From a virus (taxonomy: Duplodnaviria > Caudoviricetes): a stretch of DNA of 64,000 nucleotides. Below the pieces are notes generated by a model. The model saw only the letters and a list, made by a program, of their open reading frames with translations, was not told where the DNA came from and made no database searches. The stretch lies in the IMG/VR virus record IMGVR_UViG_3300021400_000034, positions 64,001 through 128,000 of that record, one strand, 5' to 3'. This document shows, in pieces, positions 1 to 8,811 of the stretch (positions within the stretch are counted from its first letter, which is position 1; every line of letters starts with the position of its first letter). A program made the translations under genes and the position numbers.

Positions 1-318
1 TCCGACATGGAGTTCGACAGCGCTACGTCCTGCTACAACTACAGCTGGTCTCGCAGCGATTCTGCTCACGCTATCGAGACGGTCTTCGAGACGATCCGTC
101 GTGAGTTCAAGGCTGCTGGGTACGAGCTCCCTGGATTGATCTTCTGGAACGTGAACTCTCGCACTGGCGCAGTTCCGCTTCAGACGAACAAGTATGGACT
201 CAAGCTGCTCTCTGGCTTCAGCCAGAACGTGGTCAAGATGGCTATGTCCAACAAGCTCGATCCGTTCGAAGCTCTGAAGGAGACTCTCCTCTCTCCGCGC
301 TATGAGGTCATCAAGTAA
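1..318 (+). CDS. DUF2828/vWA-type (TROVE-like) protein, C-terminal part (gene starts before the window)
   Basis: Frame open from base 1: SDMEFD...FKAAGYELPGLIFWNV...LLSGFSQ...LLSPRY, the typical DUF2828/DUF7788 C-terminus. Confidence 0.75.
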   Translation, partial: SDMEFDSATSCYNYSWSRSDSAHAIETVFETIRREFKAAGYELPGLIFWNVNSRTGAVPLQTNKYGLKLLSGFSQNVVKMAMSNKLDPFEALKETLLSPRYEVIK

Positions 319-488
319 TGCAGAGATACCGCTGCACTGTCCTCATGGGAGGAGATCAAGAGATCTTCAAGCGCTACGGGAAAAACGAGGAGCAAGTCCG
401 AGACGAGCTCTTCGACTTCCTAACTAGCGCTTACGGACACGTCTGTCAGATACGAGAAGTCTCGACCGACAAGACGAAGACCATTTAA
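318..488 (+). CDS. hypothetical protein, 56 aa (below ORF-track cutoff)
   Basis: TAATG coupling to upstream stop; MQRYRCTVLMGG...KTKTI; phage-like codon usage. Confidence 0.6.
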   Translation: MQRYRCTVLMGGDQEIFKRYGKNEEQVRDELFDFLTSAYGHVCQIREVSTDKTKTI

Positions 489-492
489 CAAG

Positions 493-519
493 ATCCAGCA
501 GAGAACCTGCTGGATTTTC
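493..519 (+). terminator. intrinsic terminator-like hairpin
   Basis: ATCCAGCAG-agaac-CTGCTGGAT followed by TTT. Confidence 0.6.
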
Positions 520-532
520 TTATATTTGAATC

Positions 533-721
533 ATGGACATCAAGCCGAAGACTTACGTATTTACCGTTCGTTTTAGAAAACTGTTTGACAATGATTGGGA
601 CTTCAAGAACGTGATCATAGAAGACTGCGTAGACGTGAAGAGCGCACTGAAGAAGATGCGATCGATGTTCTCAGAAGGCACAGTAGTCATTGTCGACAAC
701 ATCTACTCCGAGGAATCATGA
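533..721 (+). CDS. hypothetical protein
   Basis: ORF with ATGA overlap to next gene. Confidence 0.65.
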   Translation: MDIKPKTYVFTVRFRKLFDNDWDFKNVIIEDCVDVKSALKKMRSMFSEGTVVIVDNIYSEES

Positions 722-1536
722 AGATCAACTCGAAATTCAAAGACTACTACGACTGCGCCCTAGGATCATTCATGGATTCTGATGTCGTGTTCAATCGCAC
801 TCCGAAGATCGAACCTCATCATGTGATGGACTTCCCGTCACTCGGAGAGGACTTCAACGGACTGCTGCACAGTCCAAGGAGTTACCTCGAAGAGCACAAA
901 GGCCTACTCGTCGTAGATCCTATGGTCATTCACTTTGAGCTATACTCGCTCTGGGTCGGATTCTGCGGAAAGTACTATCCTTTCGTGACTCCATCTGAAA
1001 CGGTAGGAGAGATGGTCTGGTCGAAGTACTCTAAAGATGCGATCAAGGATCCGATGAGTACCCATCTCAGGGGATTCTTCCGCGACTCTGTCCGGTGGAA
1101 CGTCGCGCCGTCAGACTTCGACACGGTCTCGCTCTATAGTCGTTTCGATGTGGACTTCAAGAGGTCGATAGGTCTCAAGATGGACAAGACACCTCTGAGG
1201 CACGAGTTCCAGAACCCAGCAGAAGCTATGTTCTGGAAGGACGAAGCTTTCGAGAAGTTTGGACCGATCTTCATGGCAGTCTTCCCTGTTCAGACGAAAT
1301 ACGTGAACGACATGGATAAGAAGCGTATATGGATCTTCAAGAACCCGTGCCTGAAGTCACTCGGGTTCCAGAAAGTCATGGATCCGTACACGGCTCTATG
1401 GACTCTAGAGAGCTGGCTAGACAGCCATGCACGTCCAGATGACGCGATCGTTCCAGTCGGAGATGACATCACGCGTCTGAAGGCATACGGATTTGATCCT
1501 AAGAGTTCATTCAGAAAATCGAAGGAGAAGAAATGA
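718..1536 (+). CDS. conserved-looking phage hypothetical protein
   Basis: Start moved to ATG 718 (ATGA overlap, AGGA RBS); MKINSKFKDYYD...NPCLKSLGFQKVMDPY. Confidence 0.75.
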   Translation: MKINSKFKDYYDCALGSFMDSDVVFNRTPKIEPHHVMDFPSLGEDFNGLLHSPRSYLEEHKGLLVVDPMVIHFELYSLWVGFCGKYYPFVTPSETVGEMVWSKYSKDAIKDPMSTHLRGFFRDSVRWNVAPSDFDTVSLYSRFDVDFKRSIGLKMDKTPLRHEFQNPAEAMFWKDEAFEKFGPIFMAVFPVQTKYVNDMDKKRIWIFKNPCLKSLGFQKVMDPYTALWTLESWLDSHARPDDAIVPVGDDITRLKAYGFDPKSSFRKSKEKK

Positions 1537-1718
1537 TGTCTACATTACCTTGGTATTTAGCGTACGCTGTCGTTTGCGCTCTAGGCATGGAGATATTCGA
1601 AAATGTCTTGGATATCAGTCTAGAGGGCACATGGGGTTACTTCATTCTTGGCATTTTATGTGGATTAGAGGCTTCTATCGGGTACCTCATGGGCAAGACC
1701 GAAAAGGATGATGACTAG
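1533..1718 (+). CDS. small two-TM membrane protein
   Basis: Two hydrophobic segments; paralog of next gene (GILCGLEASIGYL). Confidence 0.65.
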   Translation: MMSTLPWYLAYAVVCALGMEIFENVLDISLEGTWGYFILGILCGLEASIGYLMGKTEKDDD

Positions 1719-1917
1719 GAGAGAAAAGATGAAAAAACTAACTATAGCTCTAGGCGCTGCGATCTGCGTACTCACTCTGGGAGCAAATCTCGTCTTGAAA
1801 CACTATTTCGGGCTCGAGAACAACGTGGAGCTGAGCGTTTTTACTGGAATTCTGGTAGGTCTGTCCGCTACTGTCGGATATGTCTATTCTAAGCTAGAAG
1901 ACATCCATGAAGAATAA
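1708..1917 (+). CDS. small two-TM membrane protein
   Basis: Two hydrophobic segments; GILVGLSATVGYV; true start may be ATG 1729. Confidence 0.65.
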   Translation: MMTRREKMKKLTIALGAAICVLTLGANLVLKHYFGLENNVELSVFTGILVGLSATVGYVYSKLEDIHEE

Positions 1918-2188
1918 GTTTTACGAGACAAAGCGCTGGATCGTTGCGACATACGAGAAGAGCTACAAGTTTCGCTCGTATATGGTCATCGTTCAGTTCG
2001 TCGTAAAGCGGAAGATCGTCAAGATGCTCTGGGGATTCTGCAAGTATGACACCCTGATCTACAAGAACGACTACGAGTCGGAAGTGAAGCGAAAGGCGCA
2101 AGAGGTTCTGAACCGAAAAGAGATGACCGAGCTCGATCTGATGGTGAAGATCGACGCTCTCCAGATTCAGCTCAAGCATGTGAGGTAG
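1907..2188 (+). CDS. hypothetical protein
   Basis: ORF in tightly packed + strand operon. Confidence 0.6.
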   Translation: MKNKFYETKRWIVATYEKSYKFRSYMVIVQFVVKRKIVKMLWGFCKYDTLIYKNDYESEVKRKAQEVLNRKEMTELDLMVKIDALQIQLKHVR

Positions 2189-2190
2189 AC

Positions 2191-2715
2191 ATGGATATAG
2201 AAGAGATGAAGAAGTCGATAGATGAGTTCTTCGACACGCACAGTCCGAGAGATATAGTGGAGACGATGTACAGACCTTTCATCGAACACATGAAGACGTT
2301 CGACCGCGCCATGTGGGAAGAGGCGATAGACAGAGAGCTGTCGCTAGGTGATGAGGAGTGCTGGTATTCGGAGGATCCAGATGTGAACAAGTTCAAGGAC
2401 CTGTGGAATATCTTCAATCCTCATATAGACGTGAGAATCCCTTGGCTCTGTGTCGAGAACGCTGACTTTCCTACACGCTACTTCGGTGTAGTGCACAACG
2501 GGAAGACCTCGATCGTGACTCTGATGATCGGACAGGGAAGTGCGATGGATATAGTACCGCTTGAAGGCTTTCTCGAATGGATGAAGAGAAACAAGTGGAA
2601 AGTCATGATTCCGGACAAGACCCTGACGCTCGATGAGCTCGAGAAGGCTGCTAAGGACACGATAGCTGATCTCGAATACCGGATCCGGAGCGCTAGCGAT
2701 AAAGTTGAAAAATAG
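2191..2715 (+). CDS. hypothetical protein
   Basis: GAGG RBS, 174 aa, phage-like codon bias. Confidence 0.7.
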   Translation: MDIEEMKKSIDEFFDTHSPRDIVETMYRPFIEHMKTFDRAMWEEAIDRELSLGDEECWYSEDPDVNKFKDLWNIFNPHIDVRIPWLCVENADFPTRYFGVVHNGKTSIVTLMIGQGSAMDIVPLEGFLEWMKRNKWKVMIPDKTLTLDELEKAAKDTIADLEYRIRSASDKVEK

Positions 2716-2717
2716 GG

Positions 2718-2746
2718 TTTACGAAAGCGAAGGAAATTCTTAAATT
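2718..2746 (+). promoter_or_regulatory. early sigma70-like promoter
   Basis: TTTACG-N17-TAAATT; GGAGG RBS downstream. Confidence 0.6.
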
Positions 2747-2769
2747 TACTGCATAATTCGGAGGACCAG

Positions 2770-3747
2770 ATGGTTGACAACTTTGAAACGATCAAGAAAC
2801 TCTTGAAATTCGAAGAGCCTGGCGACTGCTACTACGTCCAGCTCTTGAGGCGGCAGTCTGACGACCCGCTCGTCGACGGGATGCCAGATCCAGCCTATCA
2901 TGGCAACATGCACTCACGATCCATCAAGGACTACTTCATCTCCTCGATCGAGAACTTGGAACAGCGCAAGTCAGACATCATCAAGCTCTGTGAGACGTTC
3001 AACGTGAGAGCTTACATCCGTCTGAACAAGCGAAACTACAAGCAGATCTGTCTTCACATGCTCAAGCACATCGCCGAGCAGGAGATCTCTGGACAGAGCT
3101 TCGCTTCTCCTTTCCACATCGTGGCGTCTGCTGCGGGTCTCGCTAACTGCGCTGCGAAGAACGAGAAGACGTGGATCGTAGACCTCGATGTCGAGTATTC
3201 TCATCACAATCGAGCTATTCGTGAGATGATCTGCAAGTGTGATCCTATCGACAGCGAGCTCAAGGCTGCTGCTAAGCGTCTCGGAACTCCGAACGATGAA
3301 GAAGAGCTCTACCAGACGATGCTCGAGAACGAGATGGAGAAGTTCACCGAGATCCAGACTAAGAACGGAAAGCACCTCATCGTCCATCCTTTCAACAAGG
3401 CTAAGTTCGCTCAGCTCTGGGAAGAGTATGTCGTCAAGAACGAGGTCACTTCTCCTCTTCCTCAGATGAAGATGACGACTCTGTACGACTTCACGTTCAG
3501 TCTGACTGGACCATACTTGAAGCACGCTAACACCCTTCTCGCTATCTGCCAGTCCGTCTATAAAGCTAAGGCAGAGAGGATCGACCAGAACAAGGTCATG
3601 ATCCACGCCGAGGCTGAATACGTGGTCGACTCTAAGGACTTTGAGAAGATCCTAGAAGACTGGAAGAAGTGGTGCAAGACCAGCAAGTTTTGGCTCAAAG
3701 CTCCCGACATCCACAAGGACAACCCTAGCGTGTTATATTGTCCATAA
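2770..3747 (+). CDS. putative AEP (primase-polymerase)-fold phage protein
   Basis: WIVDLD (DxD), TKNGKHLI (GxH) and C-terminal HKDNP resemble AEP motifs; fold call is tentative. Confidence 0.5.
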   Translation: MVDNFETIKKLLKFEEPGDCYYVQLLRRQSDDPLVDGMPDPAYHGNMHSRSIKDYFISSIENLEQRKSDIIKLCETFNVRAYIRLNKRNYKQICLHMLKHIAEQEISGQSFASPFHIVASAAGLANCAAKNEKTWIVDLDVEYSHHNRAIREMICKCDPIDSELKAAAKRLGTPNDEEELYQTMLENEMEKFTEIQTKNGKHLIVHPFNKAKFAQLWEEYVVKNEVTSPLPQMKMTTLYDFTFSLTGPYLKHANTLLAICQSVYKAKAERIDQNKVMIHAEAEYVVDSKDFEKILEDWKKWCKTSKFWLKAPDIHKDNPSVLYCP

Positions 3748-3757
3748 GGAGTGAAAG

Positions 3758-4078
3758 ATGGAAGGAAATACAGATAAAAGAAAGCTCATCAAGACGAAGA
3801 TCGATGAACTGGTCAAGACCATCGAGAAGGTGGATGACGCAGTCGACTTCGCCTTCGAACTTCGCTTCGCATTGAAGGAATGGCTCAAAGAGCACCACAC
3901 TAGCGATCGTGGTTCGATCAACCGTAAAGATCCAGCGTGGAATCTCATCAACAACCTTCAAGAGGGCGTCAAGTACGCAATGAACTCAAACGCTTCTGAC
4001 ATCCAGCTTAGCTCTATTCTCTCTTTCAACAGTGAGCTATGCGACCTGATCAGGAAGTACTATGGAGATGTAAAGTGA
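3758..4078 (+). CDS. hypothetical protein
   Basis: AGGAG RBS. Confidence 0.7.
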   Translation: MEGNTDKRKLIKTKIDELVKTIEKVDDAVDFAFELRFALKEWLKEHHTSDRGSINRKDPAWNLINNLQEGVKYAMNSNASDIQLSSILSFNSELCDLIRKYYGDVK

Positions 4079-4338
4079 CATTCCGAGAATACGACGAACT
4101 GCATGAACGATGTGAGATGTACAAGACTAGAGCTCTAGAGGCTATCAAATATCTCAAGGGCTACACTTTCGAGATCTACAACCTTCACTCTAGCCTGAAC
4201 CAGTGCAGCGACACTGAACTCAGCTACTCCATCGAGGACGCAGACGGCTATGACTATGGCGGCAGAATTCCGATCGATGCGCTAGATCTATACCTGGACG
4301 GCAAAGTAGACGAAGCGCGAGCTAGGTTAGGAAGATGA
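4075..4338 (+). CDS. hypothetical protein
   Basis: GTG start overlapping upstream TGA; GGAG RBS. Confidence 0.6.
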   Translation: MTFREYDELHERCEMYKTRALEAIKYLKGYTFEIYNLHSSLNQCSDTELSYSIEDADGYDYGGRIPIDALDLYLDGKVDEARARLGR

Positions 4339-4562
4339 TAAGAAAGCTTGACAGAATGTTCTTCAGGGTCAAGAGGAACGGCAAGTGGGTGAACCTTTGC
4401 GTCTCTGACATGACAGACGAAGAGCTCAGAGAGAACATATACGATAAGAAGAGCAAGGAGTTTCTAGAGGGCGTCATCACTAACCTCGTTCATACGCTGA
4501 AGAAGATAGGTGACGCTTTCGAGCTGACTACCGAGATTCCGGAGGAAGATGATGGAAGCTAA
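4335..4562 (+). CDS. hypothetical protein
   Basis: ATGA overlap. Confidence 0.65.
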   Translation: MIRKLDRMFFRVKRNGKWVNLCVSDMTDEELRENIYDKKSKEFLEGVITNLVHTLKKIGDAFELTTEIPEEDDGS

Positions 4563-5166
4563 GTTTCCCGTGTCTGATCCACAGATGATGGTGCTACTTT
4601 CGAAGTACCCGTTCTTGAAGTACAACAAGTATGAAGAGCGAGAGAATATCGAGCACAACTGGTACAAGATCTGGGACGGTCACGGCTGGGAGAGACTGTG
4701 GAAGCTCTACTTCATGCCTAGGCTGTTCAAGCTCTACGACTCGTGGGACGACGAGAAGAAGTCTCAGTTCTACTTCGTCGACACGAAGAGCAAGTACGGC
4801 TCACTCAGGCTCTCGACTTCGTTCACTCTTCCAGACGACATGGAGTTTATCCTAGAGTGGATGTCTGAGTTCATCTGCGAGACCTGCGGCGCTGAGCCTA
4901 AGGACGAGGAAGGACATCACATCATCTACGAGACGAGCGGCTGGATCACACATCAGTGCGAGACATGTCTACGAAAGTATCTCAGCATAGCGTTCGAGGA
5001 CATCCCTGATGACTTGCAACCTAAGATGATCCAAGACATGAAGCGAGTGGCGCTCACGTTCGGGTACAAGCGGACGAGTCGTGATGGATCCGTAGAGAGG
5101 CGCTTCAAGTACAACAAAGATGACGATTGGCTCGTTTTAGACAGCGAAACCGTCGAAAAAGCTTAA
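4549..5166 (+). CDS. phage protein with CxxC...CxxC zinc-ribbon
   Basis: KSKYGSLR...ICETCG...GWITHQCETC. Confidence 0.7.
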   Translation: MMEAKFPVSDPQMMVLLSKYPFLKYNKYEERENIEHNWYKIWDGHGWERLWKLYFMPRLFKLYDSWDDEKKSQFYFVDTKSKYGSLRLSTSFTLPDDMEFILEWMSEFICETCGAEPKDEEGHHIIYETSGWITHQCETCLRKYLSIAFEDIPDDLQPKMIQDMKRVALTFGYKRTSRDGSVERRFKYNKDDDWLVLDSETVEKA

Positions 5167-5187
5167 CTCAATAACCTCACATATAAC

Positions 5188-5214
5188 AAGAGAGCTGGGA
5201 TTCCAGCTCTCTTT
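5188..5214 (+). terminator. intrinsic terminator
   Basis: AAGAGAGCTGG-gatt-CCAGCTCTCTT-T; separates early block from late block. Confidence 0.75.
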
Positions 5215-5221
5215 CAGTGTG

Positions 5222-5229
5222 TATAAATA
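5222..5229 (+). promoter_or_regulatory. T4-type late promoter
   Basis: TATAAATA about 30 nt upstream of ATG 5258. Confidence 0.65.
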
Positions 5230-5257
5230 AACTAATGAATATACAAGGATTTGTGAG

Positions 5258-5863
5258 ATGATAGTAAGTGGTGGACAACTGATAGGCATAGATCACGTCG
5301 AGACTGATGGAGTAAGCATCCTAGGCGATGGCGTGCTAGAGCCGCTGAAGGTCAATCCTGATGCCATAGACTACTACTCTGCCGGTCCTGGTATCGCCTT
5401 GAACGATGGCGACTCTATCGAGATCGAGAACACTGACCACGTGTTCTACGAAAGCGGCTATTTCGACGTCGTGGATGACGAAATGAGCGCCTACATAGGT
5501 AACAACCGGTATATCAAGTTTGACGTCCCAGAACCGGTCAAAAAGCTCACTATCAAGGTGTTCAGGACTGAAGACGAGAGCACAGTCTCACGCTCGCAGT
5601 TCGAATTCACTAAGCTCGGCCCAGAGTCAGCCGAGCTCGACGATGTCACTGTTCTGAACGAAGACGACGTCGAGTGCCTCATGATGGCTCCTATGGACTG
5701 GCCTGGTCTAGTCACTTATCAGGGCACAGTCACTAACGACATTGCGACGATCATCGGCTATTCTCCGCTAGTTCCGGAAGGTCCTATCTTGTGCACGGAC
5801 GACGGAACGAACATAGTCACTAGCGATCGCCGGAAGATTCGATACAGGATCGTAGAAGATTAA
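5258..5863 (+). CDS. putative tail/baseplate-associated adaptor protein
   Basis: Late promoter; VETDGVSILGDG and YSAGPGIAL fibre-type motifs; shares a domain with the 8812 protein. Confidence 0.6.
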   Translation: MIVSGGQLIGIDHVETDGVSILGDGVLEPLKVNPDAIDYYSAGPGIALNDGDSIEIENTDHVFYESGYFDVVDDEMSAYIGNNRYIKFDVPEPVKKLTIKVFRTEDESTVSRSQFEFTKLGPESAELDDVTVLNEDDVECLMMAPMDWPGLVTYQGTVTNDIATIIGYSPLVPEGPILCTDDGTNIVTSDRRKIRYRIVED

Positions 5864-5875
5864 GAGAGGGAAAAC

Positions 5876-7321
5876 ATGTCTGTAAAAACACACGTAAATG
5901 ACGACGAGAAAGAGATCCACGAGCTGCCAGAGGTTACAACCCTCCAGCCAGGAATGATGGTGGCTGTGGACAGCGAACCGACTGGTACCAAGAGTTTCAA
6001 TCTGACTACTGCGTTGGAAGGAAAGGCAAGCGCCGACGACATCAGTGCGCTGGAAAACGAACTTGCCGAGAAGGCGGACGCTTCCGAAGTGGAAGAATTG
6101 GCCACATCTGTCGCCAGCAAGGCAGATGCATCCGATATGACTACCGCGCTTGACGGAAAGGTTGACGCTCCGGCCACTACGCCAGCAGAAGGTCAAGTGC
6201 TGACATTTAATGGTTCCGCCAACACCTGGGCAAATCCGCCAGAGGGCGTCTACGTACTCAACTACACTGAAGTATCCGACTTGAATGATATTGATGTCAA
6301 TAGAGTGAAGACTCAGCCGACATTCATGAAAGTCGATACGGATATTACCGTGTCCATTCCTACATCTGGATCACCTTACACGGTATCAGTGCAGCAAGGA
6401 ACTCTCATGACCATTGATGAAATTGGCTCAGAAGGAACAACTGGTTCTTATACCGGTCCAAGCTTCATCTCATTCTATTGCAATAACGGAAAGAATGTTG
6501 GCGGCGGTATTATGCAAAATGCCGACTTGAAAATTCTGTGTATGGTATCGCTCAGCTCATTTGGCGGAGTTACAAAAACATGGGGAGCAAATGGATTTTT
6601 AAATAGTGATGGTGCATTGCTCAGAACTATGCCAGCACCAGTTACGTTTAAATGCACAAATAGTAGAGGTCCTGGTGAAGTTTCTGTTACTACAAATCAT
6701 GCACTAAAAGTAGAAATTCAATCACTCGGGCAGATACGCACACAATCACTTCTTCCAGCCGAGATAGAGACTCACGACTTCTCTACTGACGAGACTCCGG
6801 AGCTGATTCAGTTCATGGGCTGGGGAGCCACATCTAACCGTGCTGGTTATAAGACGATCAATGAAGTTCCGACATCGACTGCTGGAGATTCTGGAAAGGT
6901 ACTCACGGTAGCAGCCAACGGCACACCAGTTTGGGGAAACGGAACACCTCCAGTTACATTATACCATCATTGGGAAAAAGTAAATGGCGATTATGATGAT
7001 AACACCGAGTATTTGGACTTTGATGTGAGTTCTAGCGGTATAAAATCTGCCATCGTGGTAATACAAATGTCAATGAATGCCGGCAAGTATGTATTTTTCA
7101 ATGTTGAAGGGATAAATATGTCCAATTCAACATTTGGTGGTACAGAAAACTATGCGCATAATAATTCTGACTTTAACGGAATTAAACCTTCCGTTACAAA
7201 TATAATGGATTACCAGTATAGTGGAATTAAGGCGATTCGCATAAAGCACCATGGTTCTCAGCAACATAAATTTTCAACCGAAACATCTGGAATCGATATA
7301 AAAGTAATTGGGTTTAAGTAA
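5876..7321 (+). CDS. tail-fibre-like protein
   Basis: KADASE/D coiled-coil repeats, GQVLTF and GKVLTV...PVW shaft motifs, beta-rich tip. Confidence 0.65.
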   Translation: MSVKTHVNDDEKEIHELPEVTTLQPGMMVAVDSEPTGTKSFNLTTALEGKASADDISALENELAEKADASEVEELATSVASKADASDMTTALDGKVDAPATTPAEGQVLTFNGSANTWANPPEGVYVLNYTEVSDLNDIDVNRVKTQPTFMKVDTDITVSIPTSGSPYTVSVQQGTLMTIDEIGSEGTTGSYTGPSFISFYCNNGKNVGGGIMQNADLKILCMVSLSSFGGVTKTWGANGFLNSDGALLRTMPAPVTFKCTNSRGPGEVSVTTNHALKVEIQSLGQIRTQSLLPAEIETHDFSTDETPELIQFMGWGATSNRAGYKTINEVPTSTAGDSGKVLTVAANGTPVWGNGTPPVTLYHHWEKVNGDYDDNTEYLDFDVSSSGIKSAIVVIQMSMNAGKYVFFNVEGINMSNSTFGGTENYAHNNSDFNGIKPSVTNIMDYQYSGIKAIRIKHHGSQQHKFSTETSGIDIKVIGFK

Positions 7322-7361
7322 TCGCATTGATGCTTAATGTTCAATAACGTCATCTACCGTT

Positions 7362-7389
7362 AAACGACCACCCTTGGTGGTCGTTTTTT
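7362..7389 (+). terminator. intrinsic terminator
   Basis: AAACGACCACC-ctt-GGTGGTCGTTT-TTT. Confidence 0.8.
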
Positions 7390-7468
7390 GCATCATAGCT
7401 GAACTACAAATATATAAACTACGAGAAACGGGTTTCCGCCACGTAGACCTATATACAAGGATGATATT

Positions 7469-7840
7469 ATGAGCAAGAAGATTCGCCTGGGTTACGACAT
7501 TCTATCCAAGAGAGCCATCTAGACTGAGTCTGGTGTCAACATTGACGATGCACTCAAGAAGATTACTAGCTATAAGAAAGTTCCCGGTACCGGTGAGGAC
7601 AATCATCCGAACGAACCTCGTCACAGTACCAAGGTCATTTATTTCGTCAAGGTGGACGGTGCAAGCACGCCAGACATTTACAAGGAATGGATATGGAACC
7701 AGCCAGCAGACAGCATATTTACTGATAATGCAGAATTTCTACTCTTCCCTAAAGAGTATAACAATATACTCACAAAGAATACGCATCAAAAATGTGCATG
7801 CTCACTGCGTCTAGTAAACACGACGGCTACTGAAGAGTAG
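7469..7840 (+). pseudogene. relic of tail adhesin gene (in-frame TAG, apparent internal deletion)
   Basis: MSKKIRLGYDILSKRAI*TESGVNIDDALKK matches the N-terminus of 8812 (GAG->TAG at 7520); ends CSLRLV, like FISUMP C-termini. Confidence 0.75.
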
Positions 7841-8744
7841 CTGACATGAAGCCAGTTACGAGACCAGTGATCACGCCGACTATGTACAGTGTGAATCCGA
7901 CGATCATTCCTGCATAGACGGCGTTCTTGATCTTCTTGGACTTCTCTAGCAGTCTCATTCGGTCCATGATCAGATGTCTTCCTTTGACGTGGTCGAACAG
8001 TCCGTCAGTTCTCTCATGAGCTAGATGAACGATCGGCGCATCTGTGAAGATGTCGATCTTTAGTCCAGCGTAGAGCGAGTCTATCCCCATAGCGACATCT
8101 TCGTATCCCCAAGATCCGTCGAACGTTTCGGTGTCGAACAGCTCTCTGCGACCGTATGTCTTCTCCATGAAGTCTAGATGCTTCTCGAGCCCCTTTCGAG
8201 TGATAGCGAAGCTGCAGCTCCAACCGATCATCCCAGTCAGCATCAGATCTAGCTTTGAGTTGAAGTCGATCGACTTTTTCCAAGCTTCGATGGCGCCAGA
8301 CTCCTCACGGAGGTCGGTCGTCTTGAGCTTCTCTCCAGCCCACATGCGATCCATGTTAGACGTCAGATAGTCAGACGGAGCCTTCTTGAGCTTAGACTTC
8401 GGCATCTCGTGAATGCGTGTACCGAACACTAAGTCGAAATTCTCTAGCTCGTCCTCGTACCTCTGGATGAACGTGCTGCTCTTCGGGTATGAGTCTCCGT
8501 CGATGAAGATGATCGCATCGCACTCAGAGTCTAGGAATTCACGGATGACGGAGTTTCTGTTCTTGCAGCGTCCTGAGCCTTCTTCGTTGTTTATGGCTAT
8601 TACTCCTTCTGATTCTTCAAAAGGCTTCCCGTCTGAGCAAACGAAGACCTGGTCTGGCGCTTGTGTCTGTCTCTTGAGCTTCTTGAGTGTGCTCTCGATT
8701 ATTCTATTTTGATCGTGATTAGTGATGCAGAGTGCTATCTTCAT
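7827..8744 (-). CDS. GT2/GT-A fold glycosyltransferase with C-terminal TM helix
   Basis: Start MKIALCITNH at 8744; IFIDGD (DxD), WGYED, HLAH; hydrophobic C-terminus. Confidence 0.75.
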   Translation of the reverse strand: MKIALCITNHDQNRIIESTLKKLKRQTQAPDQVFVCSDGKPFEESEGVIAINNEEGSGRCKNRNSVIREFLDSECDAIIFIDGDSYPKSSTFIQRYEDELENFDLVFGTRIHEMPKSKLKKAPSDYLTSNMDRMWAGEKLKTTDLREESGAIEAWKKSIDFNSKLDLMLTGMIGWSCSFAITRKGLEKHLDFMEKTYGRRELFDTETFDGSWGYEDVAMGIDSLYAGLKIDIFTDAPIVHLAHERTDGLFDHVKGRHLIMDRMRLLEKSKKIKNAVYAGMIVGFTLYIVGVITGLVTGFMSATLQ

Positions 8745-8748
8745 ATTG

Positions 8749-8774
8749 TATTTATCGTCGCAAGAGTATAAATA
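8749..8774. promoter_or_regulatory. divergent late promoters
   Basis: GATAAATA on - strand (8749-8756) and TATAAATA on + strand (8767-8774). Confidence 0.6.
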
Positions 8775-8811
8775 AAAGGAAAGATTATGCACTTCTGCAA
8801 GGATTTGACCA

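Noticed and set aside
7469-7840. Genome-wide TAG recoding (code 15) suggested by the in-frame amber
   Set aside because: TAG cleanly ends many genes (2715, 32123, 34819, 43883, 52413), and the long late genes are uninterrupted in the standard code. The paralogous residue is Glu (GAG), consistent with a point mutation.
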